Of a DNA stretch of 64,000 nt, positions 40,160-51,205 are shown in pieces. The position numbers and the translations under genes were made by a program. Every line of letters begins with the position of its first letter. The stretch's first letter is position 1. The DNA is taken from assembly GCA_041494685.1 (NCBI GenBank), contig JBGQBE010000004.1:1-64000 (forward strand). Direction: 5' to 3'. This DNA comes from Dehalococcoidia bacterium (GTDB taxonomy: Bacteria; Chloroflexota; Dehalococcoidia; DSTF01; JACRBR01). The notes below the pieces were generated by a model, which had not been told where the DNA came from, searched no databases, and saw only the letters and a list, made by a program, of their open reading frames with translations.

Positions 40160-41199
40160 GTACGCAACGCCTTATCCGCAATCGTCGGATCGATGGCCGC
40201 GCCGCCGCGTGGCGTGACGATCGCGGGCGCCAGCGCCGGCCCTTCGAGGATCAACTCGTGCCACTGCGACTCTTCGAAAATGTCGATGAACTGCGCCTCG
40301 CGGTCGACGCGCTTGCTGATGTTGCCCAGCACGTGGCCCGGCCCCATCTCGAAGAACGCCGACGCGCCCGCGCGCCGCATCTCCAGGAACGCGCGCATCC
40401 AGTTGATCGCACCCGTCATCTGGTCGCTCAGCTCCTGCCGCACCTCGTCCGCGGTCGTCAGCACCTTACCTGTCAGGCTCGAAACCACCGGCGCCTTCGG
40501 GTCGCGGAACTCAATGCCGTCGATGAAGCGCCGCAGCTCGTCGCGGGCCTCCGCCATCTTCGGGAAGTGCCCCGGCACGGAGATCGGCAGCTGCACGACG
40601 CGCGCGCCGCGCTCTTTCACAAGGTCCATCGCGCGCGCCAGCGCCGCCAGCGTGCCGGAGATCACCGTCTGCCCCGGCGCGTTGACCGCCGCCACGCCCA
40701 CGTCGCCGTCGGGCGATGCGCGGTGGCAGACGTCCAGCACGTCCGCGTCTGTCGGGCCGATGACGCTCGCCATCCCGCCCGGCCGCCGCTTCGACCACTT
40801 TGTCATGATCCGCCCGCGCTCCCGCACAAGCTTCAACGCATCCGCGAACGAAATCGCGTCCGACGCCGCCGCGGCTGAGAACTGCCCGAACGAATGCCCG
40901 GACACGTGCGATGGCCGAAGCTGCCGACCCATCTCGGCGGCGCGCTCGCGCAGGTACGCCAGGTAGGCCCAGCTCACGGCGAGGATCGCCGGCTGCGTAG
41001 TCGTGGTCTTGCGGAGGTCCCGCTCGGACCCCTCCATGACGATGCGGTTCACGTCGAGCTTGAGGATGTCGCCGGCCTGTGCGAAGACCTCGCGGGCCGC
41101 GGGCGATGCCTCGGCGACGCGCTTGCCCATGCCCGCGTGCTGCGAGCCCTGGCCGGGGAAGATGAATGCGAGTTTGCGCTCGCGCGGGGGCTGTTCCAT
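40156..41199 (-). CDS. fabD: Malonyl-CoA:ACP transacylase
   Basis: FPGQGSQ, TQPAI, GHSFG and NAPGQTVISG motifs. Confidence 0.93.
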   Translation of the reverse strand: MEQPPRERKLAFIFPGQGSQHAGMGKRVAEASPAAREVFAQAGDILKLDVNRIVMEGSERDLRKTTTTQPAILAVSWAYLAYLRERAAEMGRQLRPSHVSGHSFGQFSAAAASDAISFADALKLVRERGRIMTKWSKRRPGGMASVIGPTDADVLDVCHRASPDGDVGVAAVNAPGQTVISGTLAALARAMDLVKERGARVVQLPISVPGHFPKMAEARDELRRFIDGIEFRDPKAPVVSSLTGKVLTTADEVRQELSDQMTGAINWMRAFLEMRRAGASAFFEMGPGHVLGNISKRVDREAQFIDIFEESQWHELILEGPALAPAIVTPRGGAAIDPTIADKALRT

Positions 41200-41369
41200 C
41201 AGTTCTACGAACGCCTTGTCAATACTCTGCCGGAATCATAACACAGCCCCAGATGGGCCGAGCGCCCGGAGCCACGCGCCAAAGCAGTGCGCGGCACCGT
41301 ACTCTTGTCCACTTCTAGCCGCCCCGCCGGACGTTCCACGTTATACTGAGCCGAATCCGGAGGTACTTC

Positions 41370-42296
41370 GTGCGCGGGCGTGACCTGCTTTCCATCGCCG
41401 ACCTTGGCCCGGACGAGGTTGACCGCATCCTGAAGACGGCACTCAGCCTGAAGCGGGACGGCGGCGGCCACGATCTGCTCGCCAACAAGACGCTCGCGCT
41501 TCTCTTCGAGAAGCCGTCTCTGCGCACGCGCGTCAGCTTCGACGTCGCCATGCAGGAGCTGGGCGGCCACGCCATCTACCTGAACCAGTCCGAGGTCGGC
41601 CTCGGCCAGCGCGAGCCAGTCCACGACGTCGCCCGCGTCCTCAGCCGCTACGTCGACGTCATCGCCGCCCGCACCTACTCCCACAGCACGCTGCTCGACC
41701 TGGCGCGTCACGCCGGCGTGCCGATCATCAACGCCCTCTCCGACGAGGAGCACCCCTGCCAGGCGATGGCCGACCTGCTCACCGTCCTCGAGCGCTTCGG
41801 CACGCTGCGCGGCGTCCGCCTGGCCTTCGTCGGCGATGGCTTCAACGTCGCCGTCTCGCTCGCCGAGGCCGCCGCGCTCGCCGGCATGAGCTTCGCTATG
41901 GCCGCGCCGTCCGGCTACAGCATCCCGGAGCCGACGCTGCGCCTGATCCGCGAGCTCGCTGCGCAGAACGGCGCGCAGATCGACACCTACGAGACGCCCG
42001 CCGACGCCGTGCGCGGCGCGGACGTCGTCTACACCGACGTGTGGGCCAGCATGGGCCAGGAGGACACCTACGCGCAGCGCAAGGAGGCGTTCGCGGGGTT
42101 CGCGATCACCACGGACATCATGGCGCTCGCCAAACCCGGCGCGATCTTCATGCACGACCTTCCCGCCCATCGCGGCGAAGAGGTCATGGACGACGTCATC
42201 GAAGGCCCGCAGTCGGTCGTCTTCGACCAGGCCGAGAACCGGCTGCACGCGCAGAAAGCGATCCTCGCGCTGACGACGAGCGATCATGACCTGTAG
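41370..42296 (+). CDS. argF: Ornithine carbamoyltransferase
   Basis: KPSLRTRVSF, HPCQ, YTDVWASMGQE, HDLPAHRGEEV and QAENR motifs. Confidence 0.95.
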   Translation: MRGRDLLSIADLGPDEVDRILKTALSLKRDGGGHDLLANKTLALLFEKPSLRTRVSFDVAMQELGGHAIYLNQSEVGLGQREPVHDVARVLSRYVDVIAARTYSHSTLLDLARHAGVPIINALSDEEHPCQAMADLLTVLERFGTLRGVRLAFVGDGFNVAVSLAEAAALAGMSFAMAAPSGYSIPEPTLRLIRELAAQNGAQIDTYETPADAVRGADVVYTDVWASMGQEDTYAQRKEAFAGFAITTDIMALAKPGAIFMHDLPAHRGEEVMDDVIEGPQSVVFDQAENRLHAQKAILALTTSDHDL

Positions 42297-42308
42297 GTCG
42301 CCGCGAAC

Positions 42309-43103
42309 ATGAGCGACCCCATCGGCCTCTTCCGCGACAACTTCAACCAGTTCGACGCCACCTCCGCGCTCGACATCGCGATCATCTCGTTGATCTTCTT
42401 CGGCGTGCTCATGCTGCTCCGCGACACCACGGCGATGGCCGTCCTGCGCGGCGCCTTCATTGTGCTGATCGCCGCCTTCCTGCTGGGCCGCGTCTTCAAC
42501 CTGCGCGTCCTCAACTTCCTGATCAGCAACTCCTTCACCGGCCTGCTGATCGCCCTGCCGATCATCTTCCAGCCCGAGCTGCGCCGCGCGCTCGAGCGCG
42601 TCGGCCGCACGGGCGCGCGCGCGTTCGGCGCCAGCGTCGGCAGCCCCGGCACGATCGACGCCGTGAGCGAGGCCGCCGCCGACATGGCGAAGAACCACGT
42701 GGGTGCGCTGATGGTGCTGGAGCGCGAGACCGGCCTGCAGGACTACATCGAGAGCGGCGTCCCGGTCGACGCCATCCCCTCGCCCGAGTTGCTGCACGGG
42801 ATATTCTTCCCCAACTCGCCGCTGCACGACGGCGCCGCCGTGCTGCGCGGCAACCGCGTCGCCGCCGCCGCCGTCACGCTGCCGCTCAGCGACAACACCA
42901 CCCCCGGCGAACTCGGGACGCGCCACCGTGCCGGCCTCGGCATCACCGAGCGCACCGACGCCGTCTCCGTCGTCGTCTCCGAGGAGACCGGCCTCATCAC
43001 CGTCGCCGCCGACGGCCGCCTCTACACGCGGCTCGATGAACAACGCCTGCACGCGCTGCTGGAGCGCCTGCTCGGCGGCCAGCGGAACGGGGCCACGCCG
43101 TGA
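42309..43103 (+). CDS. cdaA: Diadenylate cyclase CdaA
   Basis: Three TMs; IFQPELRRALE, PLHDGA, GTRHRA and VSEETG motifs. Confidence 0.93.
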   Translation: MSDPIGLFRDNFNQFDATSALDIAIISLIFFGVLMLLRDTTAMAVLRGAFIVLIAAFLLGRVFNLRVLNFLISNSFTGLLIALPIIFQPELRRALERVGRTGARAFGASVGSPGTIDAVSEAAADMAKNHVGALMVLERETGLQDYIESGVPVDAIPSPELLHGIFFPNSPLHDGAAVLRGNRVAAAAVTLPLSDNTTPGELGTRHRAGLGITERTDAVSVVVSEETGLITVAADGRLYTRLDEQRLHALLERLLGGQRNGATP

Positions 43104-44365
43104 CGACGATGCTCTCCCGCCTGCCCCGCGCCCTCGCGTTTCTCGCCCGCGGCGCGTTTACGTCCGTCTTCGGCAACCTCAGCCTCGCGCTGCTCGCCGT
43201 CGCGCTCGGCCTCAGCCTCTGGCTGTTCGTCACCGACAAGGAGAACCCGAAGCAGCAGCAGACGTTCAACGGCGCGATCCCCGTGAAGTTCGTCAACGTC
43301 CCGACCGATCTCGCCGTCGCCAACACCTCCGAGTCCACCGTCCAGGTGCGCGTCGAGGCGTCGAAGAACGACCTCAAGGGCCTCGTCGCCGACGACTTCT
43401 CCGCCACCGTCGACCTGGGCAGCGCCGAGAAGGGCCAGAGTACCGTCGCCATCGTCGTATCCGCCACGCGGGGCGGCATCAACGTCGTCGGCGTCGTGCC
43501 TTCGCGCGTCGATGTCTCGCTCGAGCCGGTGCGCACGAAGGCGGTGCCCGTGAAGGTCTCCTTGATCGGCTCGCCGCAGCAGGGCTTCGCCGCGGTGCAG
43601 CAGCGCAGCGACCCGGAGCAGGCCAGCGTCACGGGCCCCGAAAGCCTGGTCGCGCTCGTCGATTCCGTCGTCGCCGAGGTTAACCTCGTCGGCCAGCGCG
43701 TGGACGTCACCGAGAACGTGGACCTCAAGCCGCGCGACGCGCGGGGCGGGGAGATCAGCCGCATCAACGTCAGCCCCGAACGCGCGAAGGTGAACGTCCA
43801 GCTCGTGCAGAGAGAGTTCAGCCAGCAATTCATCGTCAGCCCCAACGTCACCGGCGCGCCCGCCTTCGGCTACAACGTCGCCGCGATTCAGATCGACCCG
43901 CAGCTGATCACGCTCGCCGGCGCGCTCGACGTGCTCGCGTCGATCGACGCGGTCCGCGGCATCTCCACGGACGAGATCTCGATCGCCGACGCGCGCGCCG
44001 ATGTCGTGCGCACGGTGCAGGTCGCGGTGCCGGCCGGCGTGCGCGTGCAGGGCTCGCCCTCGATCAGAATCACCATCCAGGTGCGCCCCGCCCGCGGCGA
44101 GGCGACCTTCCGCGTCGTGCCACAGGTGCGCAACGTCGGCTCCGGCCTCGCCGTCACGCAGGCCGAACCGGTCACCATCACGCTCTCTGGCGAGATCCCC
44201 ACGCTCTCGACGCTGACACCGGAGGCGATCACCGTCATCATCGACGCCCAGGGCCTCGGCCCCGGCCTCTACGCGATGCCGCTGCAGGTCACGGCGCCCG
44301 CCGGCACCACGCTCGTCCGCACCGACCCACCGCAACTTGGCATCGCCATCACGCAAAGGCAGTGA
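43100..44365 (+). CDS. cdaR: CdaR/YbbR domain protein
   Basis: N-terminal TM and repeated YbbR-like domains; translationally coupled to cdaA. Confidence 0.85.
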   Translation: MTTMLSRLPRALAFLARGAFTSVFGNLSLALLAVALGLSLWLFVTDKENPKQQQTFNGAIPVKFVNVPTDLAVANTSESTVQVRVEASKNDLKGLVADDFSATVDLGSAEKGQSTVAIVVSATRGGINVVGVVPSRVDVSLEPVRTKAVPVKVSLIGSPQQGFAAVQQRSDPEQASVTGPESLVALVDSVVAEVNLVGQRVDVTENVDLKPRDARGGEISRINVSPERAKVNVQLVQREFSQQFIVSPNVTGAPAFGYNVAAIQIDPQLITLAGALDVLASIDAVRGISTDEISIADARADVVRTVQVAVPAGVRVQGSPSIRITIQVRPARGEATFRVVPQVRNVGSGLAVTQAEPVTITLSGEIPTLSTLTPEAITVIIDAQGLGPGLYAMPLQVTAPAGTTLVRTDPPQLGIAITQRQ

Positions 44366-44366
44366 T

Positions 44367-45728
44367 ATGACTACCGGCACCGCGCGCAAGCCCATCGTAG
44401 CCATCGTCGGGCGGCCCAACGTCGGCAAGTCCGCGCTCTTCAACCGCTTCGTCGGCGGCCGTCCCGCGCTCGTCGAAGACGAGGCCGGCACGACGCGCGA
44501 CCGCATCTACGGCGACGTCGTCTGGCGCAACCGCGAGTTCCGCGTCGTCGATACCGGCGGCCTGGAGCCGGACGTGCCCGGCACCTACACGCCGCTGATC
44601 CGCCAGCAGGTGCAGCAGGCGCTCGACGAGGCGCAGATGATCATTTTCGTCGTCGATACGATCGCGGGCATCACCGCCGCCGACCTCGAGGTCGCGGACC
44701 TGCTGCGCCGCGCCGCGAAGCCCGTGCTGCTCGTCGCCAACAAGGCGGAAAACCGCGAGCGCGAGGAGGCCGCCGTCGGCTTCTACGAGCTCGCCCTGGG
44801 CGAGCCCATCCCGATCAGCGCACACCACGGCCACGGCGTCGCCGACGTCCTGGACATGATCTACGACACGCTCCCGCCCGGCGAGAGCGAGGAGGCGCCC
44901 GGCGGCCTGCGCCTGGCGATCGTCGGCCGCCCCAACGTCGGCAAGTCGTCGCTGCTCAACGCCGTCCTCGGCGAGGAGCGCGTCATTGTCAGCGACGTCC
45001 CCGGCACCACCCGCGACGCGATCGACACCGACTTTACGTTCGAGGGCGAGCCGCTGGTGCTGGTCGATACCGCGGGCTTGCGCCGCCGCGGCGCCATCGA
45101 GCCCGGCGTCGAGAAGCATTCGACGATGCGCGCCCGCCGCGCGCTGGAGCGCGCCCAGGTGGCCCTCTGCGTCTTCGACCTGTCCGAGAGCTTTACGGCG
45201 CAGGACGCGCACGTCATCGGCTTCGCGCTCGAGGCCGCGCGCGGCATCATCGTCGTCGCCAACAAGTGGGATCTCGTGCGCGACCAGGAGTGGACGCAGG
45301 AAGACTGGGAGCGCCGCCTCCGCTGGAAGCTCAAGTTCGCGCCGTGGATCTCGATCCGCTTCGTCTCCGCGATCGAGGGCGAGGGCATCACGGAGCTGCT
45401 CGCGGAGGCGGTGCGCGTCGGCAAGGAGCGGCGACGCCACGTGGAGACGGGTCCGCTCAACCAGGCCATCCGCCGCGCCGTCGCCGAGAAGCCGCCGCCC
45501 ACGCCGTCGAAGGGCAAGCGCATCAAACTGCTCTACGTCACACAGGCGGAGATCGACCCGCCAACCTTCGTCTTCTTCCTGAACGACGCCTCAGCCGTGC
45601 ACTTCAGCTACCGCCGCTTCATGGAGAACGTGATCCGGCGCAACTTCGGCTTCACGGGTACCGCCATCAAGCTCGTCTTCCGCGGGCGCAGCGACGACAT
45701 GCAGGAGCCCGAGCGCGACAAGTACTGA
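44367..45728 (+). CDS. der: Ribosome biogenesis GTPase Der (EngA)
   Basis: Two GRPNVGKS G-domains and a KH-like C-terminus. Confidence 0.97.
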   Translation: MTTGTARKPIVAIVGRPNVGKSALFNRFVGGRPALVEDEAGTTRDRIYGDVVWRNREFRVVDTGGLEPDVPGTYTPLIRQQVQQALDEAQMIIFVVDTIAGITAADLEVADLLRRAAKPVLLVANKAENREREEAAVGFYELALGEPIPISAHHGHGVADVLDMIYDTLPPGESEEAPGGLRLAIVGRPNVGKSSLLNAVLGEERVIVSDVPGTTRDAIDTDFTFEGEPLVLVDTAGLRRRGAIEPGVEKHSTMRARRALERAQVALCVFDLSESFTAQDAHVIGFALEAARGIIVVANKWDLVRDQEWTQEDWERRLRWKLKFAPWISIRFVSAIEGEGITELLAEAVRVGKERRRHVETGPLNQAIRRAVAEKPPPTPSKGKRIKLLYVTQAEIDPPTFVFFLNDASAVHFSYRRFMENVIRRNFGFTGTAIKLVFRGRSDDMQEPERDKY

Positions 45729-45735
45729 GCCTGGC

Positions 45736-46497
45736 TCACGAGCGCCCCTCACCTAGGAACCAGCGACGCTTCAGCTTCGGCCCGTACGTCAGCCCGAACT
45801 TCGTGATCGCCACGTCGCGGATGTGCGCCACCGCCTCCTCCGCCGAGTCCACGAGCTGCACGATCTCCAGATCCCGTTCATCGATCGTGCCTACGGTCAG
45901 CAGCGTGTGGCGCAGCACGTCCAGCAGCGGCGCCCAGTACTCGCGCCCGACCAGCACGACGGGAAAGTTGCGGATCTTCGCCGTCTGGATCAGCGTCGCC
46001 GCCTCGAACACCTCGTCGTACGTGCCGAAGCCGCCGGGCATCGCCACGAACGCGTACGAGTACTTCACCAGCATCACCTTGCGCACGAAGAAGTGGCGGA
46101 ACTGCACGTTCAGATCCACGTACGCGTTCGGCCGCTGCTCCTTCGGCAGGACGATGTTGCACCCGATCGAGCGGCCGCCTACGTCCTTCGCACCGCGGTT
46201 CGCCGCCTCCATGATGCCCGGTCCGCCGCCCGTCATCACCGTGAAGCCGGCCTGCGCCAGCTCGGCGCCGACCTCCCGCGCCAGGCCGTAGTAGCGGTGG
46301 TCCTCCCCGAATCGCGCCGAGCCGAACACCGTCACGCACGGCCCCACGAAGTGCAGCGCCCGCAGCCCGCGGAACATCTCCCAAGCCACGCGGAACAGGA
46401 ACTTCAGCTCGAACCCGCGCGTCTGCGGCCCGGACAGGAACTTCAGCTCGTGCAGCCGCCCATTCCCCTCAGCCTGCTCCGCCTGCTCGTCGCCCAT
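45736..46497 (-). CDS. LOG family nucleotide phosphoribohydrolase (TIGR00730 type)
   Basis: VTVFGSAR, TGGGPGIMEAAN, RKVML and PGGFGT.DE motifs. Confidence 0.92.
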   Translation of the reverse strand: MGDEQAEQAEGNGRLHELKFLSGPQTRGFELKFLFRVAWEMFRGLRALHFVGPCVTVFGSARFGEDHRYYGLAREVGAELAQAGFTVMTGGGPGIMEAANRGAKDVGGRSIGCNIVLPKEQRPNAYVDLNVQFRHFFVRKVMLVKYSYAFVAMPGGFGTYDEVFEAATLIQTAKIRNFPVVLVGREYWAPLLDVLRHTLLTVGTIDERDLEIVQLVDSAEEAVAHIRDVAITKFGLTYGPKLKRRWFLGEGRS

Positions 46498-46633
46498 GCC
46501 GCCCCCTCGCTGTCACATCTTCGATATCGAGACACACTACACCGATCCCGGCGCGGAGACACAGACGCTCCGTGGCAACGAATAAGCGGCGATCCTGGCG
46601 ACCGCCGCTTCAAGCCGCAACGCTGCGGACGGA

Positions 46634-48091
46634 TCAGTGCGCGGCCGCCGGCGCCGGTTCGTCGTCCACGCTGACCCGACGGAAGCGCGTGCTCTCGGCG
46701 TCTTTGTCGCTGATCAGCAGCAGCGCCGCCGCCGCGCCCACCAGCGCCAGCGCGCCGCCGACGAAGAACGCGTCGTGGAACGCCTGGACGGCGCCGGGCC
46801 GCATGGCGGGCGCGGCCAGCACCGCGCCGTGATGCGCCAGGCGGTTCGTCAGCACCGTCGCCAGCAGCGCCACGCCGAAGCTGGCCGCCACCTGCCGCCC
46901 CGAGTTGAAGATCGCGCTCGCACGGCCCGTGTCCTGCGGCCGAATCGTCGCGAACGTCGCCGTCTGCATCGGGATCAGCGTCATCCCGAACGAGGCGCCG
47001 CGCCCCAGCATGATCAGCCGGATCCACCAGGCGTTCGTCGCCAGATCCACCCATACGAAGGCGAACGTCGTCGCCGCGATCCCCAGCATCCCGATCATCA
47101 TCATCCGCCGCGGACCGATGCGCTGGTACACGCGCGACGCGAACGGCATCGCGAAGAAGACGCCGAGCGCCTGCGGGAACGTCGTCAGCCCCGACTGCAG
47201 GGCGCTCATCCCGCGCTCCTCCTGCAGGAACAGTGGCAACAGGAACAGCGCGCCCTGCATCCCCGCCATCGAGACCAGCTGCACTGAGTTCGTCGCCGTG
47301 AACAAGCGGTTGGAGAACAGCCGCATGTCGAGCATCGGCGCGGCGCTCCGCAGCTCCACCACCACCACCAGCGCCAGCAGCGCGATCCCGCCCATTCCGA
47401 ACGCCATCACGCGCCCGTCATCGAAGCCGCGTTGACCAGCCTCCGCCAGCGCGTACACGACCGACGCCAGCCCGAAGCCCGACAGCAGGAATCCTGCAAC
47501 ATCGAAGCGGCCCGTCGCCGGCTGTTTCTCTTCTTTCAGGAACAGCGCCGCGACGATGAGTCCGACGACGCCGATCGGCACGTTGATCAGGAAGATCCAG
47601 TGCCACGACTGGTACTCGACCAGGTAGCCGCCCAGCACGGGCCCGCTCGCCGGCGCCACGACAGCGGGGATCGTCAGCAACGCCGACGCCTTCGCCCGCT
47701 CCACCGGCGGGAACGCCCGGAACAGCATCGCCGTGCCGACGGGCGTCAGCATGCCGCCGCCCACGCCCTGCAGCAGCCGGAACGAGATCAGCGCGCCGAC
47801 GTTCCACGCCAGCCCGCACATCAGCGATGAGATCGTGAACACCGTCAGCGCGAACATGAAGACGCGCTTGGTGCCGAAGCGGTCGCCCATCCAACCGCTC
47901 ACCGGGATGAAGATCGCCAGGCTGAGCAGGTAGCCCGTCACCACCCACTCGATGGTCGTCGTGCTCGCGCTGAAGTCTCGCGAGAGCGTCGGCAGCGCCA
48001 CATTCGTGATCGTCATGTCGAGCAGGTCCATGAACAGCCCGAACACGAAGATGATGCCGACGATGTACTTGTACTCGAGCTTCCTGAACAT
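46634..48091 (-). CDS. DHA2 (EmrB/QacA) family MFS efflux transporter
   Basis: LD.TI.NVALP, GWMGDRFGTKR and WHWIFLINVPIG motifs; 14-TM pattern. Confidence 0.92.
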   Translation of the reverse strand: MFRKLEYKYIVGIIFVFGLFMDLLDMTITNVALPTLSRDFSASTTTIEWVVTGYLLSLAIFIPVSGWMGDRFGTKRVFMFALTVFTISSLMCGLAWNVGALISFRLLQGVGGGMLTPVGTAMLFRAFPPVERAKASALLTIPAVVAPASGPVLGGYLVEYQSWHWIFLINVPIGVVGLIVAALFLKEEKQPATGRFDVAGFLLSGFGLASVVYALAEAGQRGFDDGRVMAFGMGGIALLALVVVVELRSAAPMLDMRLFSNRLFTATNSVQLVSMAGMQGALFLLPLFLQEERGMSALQSGLTTFPQALGVFFAMPFASRVYQRIGPRRMMMIGMLGIAATTFAFVWVDLATNAWWIRLIMLGRGASFGMTLIPMQTATFATIRPQDTGRASAIFNSGRQVAASFGVALLATVLTNRLAHHGAVLAAPAMRPGAVQAFHDAFFVGGALALVGAAAALLLISDKDAESTRFRRVSVDDEPAPAAAH

Positions 48092-48299
48092 CCCTGCGTC
48101 TCTCCGCCCTACGACGGCCGACCACGACCAAGATCCTGCGACCCGCCCGCTCCCATCGGAAGCGGGGGCGATGTGCGATATCCCGCACCATACCGGATGC
48201 TCCGCCTACCGGGATGCCGGGCCGGATGCGCCGGCCTGCGACGCGGGCCGCCAGCCTCTATAATCCTCCAACGCACCCGTTGATGAAGGAGATACGCAC

Positions 48300-49502
48300 A
48301 TGGCCGGACCCCTGGAAGGCATCAAGGTCGTCGAGATGGGCGTCTGGGTCGCCGGACCCTCCTGCGCCGCCATCCTCTGCGACTGGGGCGCCGACGTTAT
48401 CAAGCTCGAACCGCCTACCGGCGATCCGTTCCGCGGCCTCTTCGCCAGCGCGCTCGGCGCGGCCGTCCCGATCAACCCCCCGTTCGAGGTGGACAACCGC
48501 GGCAAGCGCAGCGTCTGCCTCGACCTGGCGAACACGGAGGGCCTCGCCATCGCCCGTCGCCTCGTCGATGAAGCAGACGTCTTCGTCACCAACATGCGGC
48601 CGCGCGTGCTGGAACAGTTCGGCATGGACCACGAATCCGTCCGCAAGACCAATCCGCGGATCGTCTACGCCCAGCTCACCGGCCAGGGGCCCGACACGCC
48701 GGACGCCAACCGCGCCTCGTACGACATCGGCGGCTTCTGGTCGCGCGCGGGCGTCGGTATGGCGCTGACGCCGCCCAACGGTCCCATCCCGCAGCAGCGC
48801 GGCGGCATGGGCGACCACATGACCGGCGTCGCCGCAGCTGGTGCGATCTCCGCCGCCCTCTTCAAGCGCGAGCGCACCGGCGAGGGACAGCGCGTCGCCG
48901 CGTCGCTCGTCCGCACAGGGGTCTACATGATGGGCTGGGACTACGCGCTCGAGATGCGCATGGGCGCCCGCACCACCACCTACGACCGCTTCCACGCCCC
49001 GAACCCAATCCTCAACCCGTTCGAGACGAAGGACGGGCGCTGGATCTGGCTGCTGCTGCTCCAGGGCGACCGGCACTGGCCCGACCTGCTCCGCGCCATC
49101 GGCCGCGAGGACATGCAGCAGGACGAGCGTTGGAAGGACATCGTGATCCGCCGCGGCAACTGCGAGTCGCTGGTGCAGGAGCTCGACAAGGAGTTCGCGA
49201 AGAAGACGATGGAGGAGTGGGGACCGATCCTGGACGCGCACAACGTCTGGTGGGCGCCCGTGAACACGATCACGCAGGCGATCCAGGATCCTGTTGTGCG
49301 GGCCGCCGGCGCGTTCCGCGAGGTGCAGGGCCCGGACGGCCCGGTGCCCACCGTCAACAGCCCGGTCGACTTCTACGGCACACCCGCCGGCCCGCGCGGC
49401 ATCGCCCCGGAACTCGGCCAGCACACCGAAGAAGTTCTGCTCGAACTGGGGCACGACTGGGAGGCGATCATCGCGCTGAAAGAGCGCGGCGCCATCCCTT
49501 GA
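48300..49502 (+). CDS. CaiB/BaiF family III CoA transferase
   Basis: PLEGIKVVE, WGADVIKLEPP.GDP.R, NRGKRS and APELGQHT motifs. Confidence 0.93.
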   Translation: MAGPLEGIKVVEMGVWVAGPSCAAILCDWGADVIKLEPPTGDPFRGLFASALGAAVPINPPFEVDNRGKRSVCLDLANTEGLAIARRLVDEADVFVTNMRPRVLEQFGMDHESVRKTNPRIVYAQLTGQGPDTPDANRASYDIGGFWSRAGVGMALTPPNGPIPQQRGGMGDHMTGVAAAGAISAALFKRERTGEGQRVAASLVRTGVYMMGWDYALEMRMGARTTTYDRFHAPNPILNPFETKDGRWIWLLLLQGDRHWPDLLRAIGREDMQQDERWKDIVIRRGNCESLVQELDKEFAKKTMEEWGPILDAHNVWWAPVNTITQAIQDPVVRAAGAFREVQGPDGPVPTVNSPVDFYGTPAGPRGIAPELGQHTEEVLLELGHDWEAIIALKERGAIP

Positions 49503-49524
49503 GGGAGTTCACAGGGAACCTCCT

Positions 49525-50883
49525 CTAGCCCGCCGTCGCCACCTCGTGCGACGCGATCGCCTCGCGGTGCGGGAAGAAGTACAGCAAGCCCGCCGCCACG
49601 CCCACCAGGCAGATCGTCGCCTCGATGCCCACCGCCATCTGCGTGCCCAGGCGCTCGGCCATGACGCCGGTAAGGAAGCCGCCGATCGGGGTCGAGCCCG
49701 CGAACAGCAGCATGTAGAGCGCCATCACGCGGCCGCGCAGCCGGTCCGGCGTCGAGAGCTGCAGCGACGTGTTGGCCGTCGCCGCGAACATCGTGTTCGC
49801 CACACCCAGGAGCAGCAGGAAGAACAGCGTCACCAGGAACCACTGGCTCAGCGCCACCAGCCCCAGCAGCGCGCTGAACGCAGCCGCCCCCACGAACAGC
49901 GTCTTCGGCGCCGCGCGTTCACGGCTCGCCAGCGCCAACGCCGAGATCAGCGCGCCGGCGCCGACCGCCGCCGTCATGAATCCCAGCCCCACCGCGCCGC
50001 GATGCACGACATACCGCGCCAGCAGCGGCAGCATGACCGTGAAGTTGTAGCCAAATGTCCCGATCACCGCGACGAGGATGATGATCAGCAGCACAGGCGG
50101 CGTCCGGAACGCATACGCCAGCCCCTCGCGCAGCTCCGCAAGCGGGTTCACCGGCCCCTCCTGCTTCCGCTGCACGTTGAAGAGCGCGCCGGTGTTCATC
50201 ATCAGCAGCCCCGCGATCACCGGGATGAAGCTCAGGCCGTTCAGCAGGAACGCCGCCTTCACGCCCACCGCCGCGATGACGAAGCCGCCGATCGCCGGAC
50301 CGATGAGCCGCGCGGCGTTGAACATACCCGAGTTCAGCGCCACCGCGTTCATCAAGTCTTCCTTGCCCACCATCTCCACCACGAACGCCTGGCGCGTCGG
50401 CTGCTCGAACGCGTTCGAGAACCCGAGCACCAGCGCCAGCACGTAGACGTGCCAGAGCTCGATGTGCCCCGACCACACCAGCGCGGCCAGCGTCAGCGCC
50501 TGCGCCATCGCCAGCGCCTGCGTGCAGAGGATGAAGTTCCGCTTCGGCACGCGGTCCGCGATCACGCCGGCAAACAGCACGAAGATCGTGATCGGCAGGA
50601 ACTGCAGCATCGTCACCGTGCCCAGCGCCACCTTCGAGTTGGTGATCTGCAGCACCAGCCACGCCTGCGCGATCGTCTGCATCCACGTGCCGCAGAGCGA
50701 GATCGTCTGTCCGATGTAGAAGAGGCGGTAGTTGCGGTTCCGCAGGGCGCGGAACGTGTTGCCGAAGCGGGGCGCGCCGCCCGTGGCGTTCGGCTCGATC
50801 ACGGCGGCGGGAGTGTCGTCGATGCGGATCGCCTGCTTCCACGGGAGCGCCCGCACAATCCGCGCCGGGAACCTGCCAGCCAC
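49525..50883 (-). CDS. MFS transporter (MFS_3/DUF894-like)
   Basis: FRALRNRNYRL, GTWMQ.IAQAWLV, NAVALNS..FNAARLIGP and LRGRVMALY motifs. Confidence 0.9.
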   Translation of the reverse strand: MAGRFPARIVRALPWKQAIRIDDTPAAVIEPNATGGAPRFGNTFRALRNRNYRLFYIGQTISLCGTWMQTIAQAWLVLQITNSKVALGTVTMLQFLPITIFVLFAGVIADRVPKRNFILCTQALAMAQALTLAALVWSGHIELWHVYVLALVLGFSNAFEQPTRQAFVVEMVGKEDLMNAVALNSGMFNAARLIGPAIGGFVIAAVGVKAAFLLNGLSFIPVIAGLLMMNTGALFNVQRKQEGPVNPLAELREGLAYAFRTPPVLLIIILVAVIGTFGYNFTVMLPLLARYVVHRGAVGLGFMTAAVGAGALISALALASRERAAPKTLFVGAAAFSALLGLVALSQWFLVTLFFLLLLGVANTMFAATANTSLQLSTPDRLRGRVMALYMLLFAGSTPIGGFLTGVMAERLGTQMAVGIEATICLVGVAAGLLYFFPHREAIASHEVATAG

Positions 50884-51205
50884 GTCCTAACCTTTCCGTA
50901 AGGGGGAGGTTTGCGCTCGATTGTAACACACGAGATCGCCGGAATCGGATGCCGGACAGTCGGAAGGTCGTTGCAGCCACCGTCGCACGCTCCGCACTGC
51001 CGCATCGCACAACCCGTGACCGGCGCTTGGAGCATGGTGTTGGATCGCTCTGCGCCGGCGTGCGCCGCGATGATGACGGTCGCCATTCGCGCGCGGCCGG
51101 GAGCGTTCCCTCACAACACGCACCGCTTGACGCACCACGTACGTTTCGCACTGGACACATCGTGCTAAGATAAATGGACAGACATCGTGTTCAGGAGGGA
51201 TTCCG

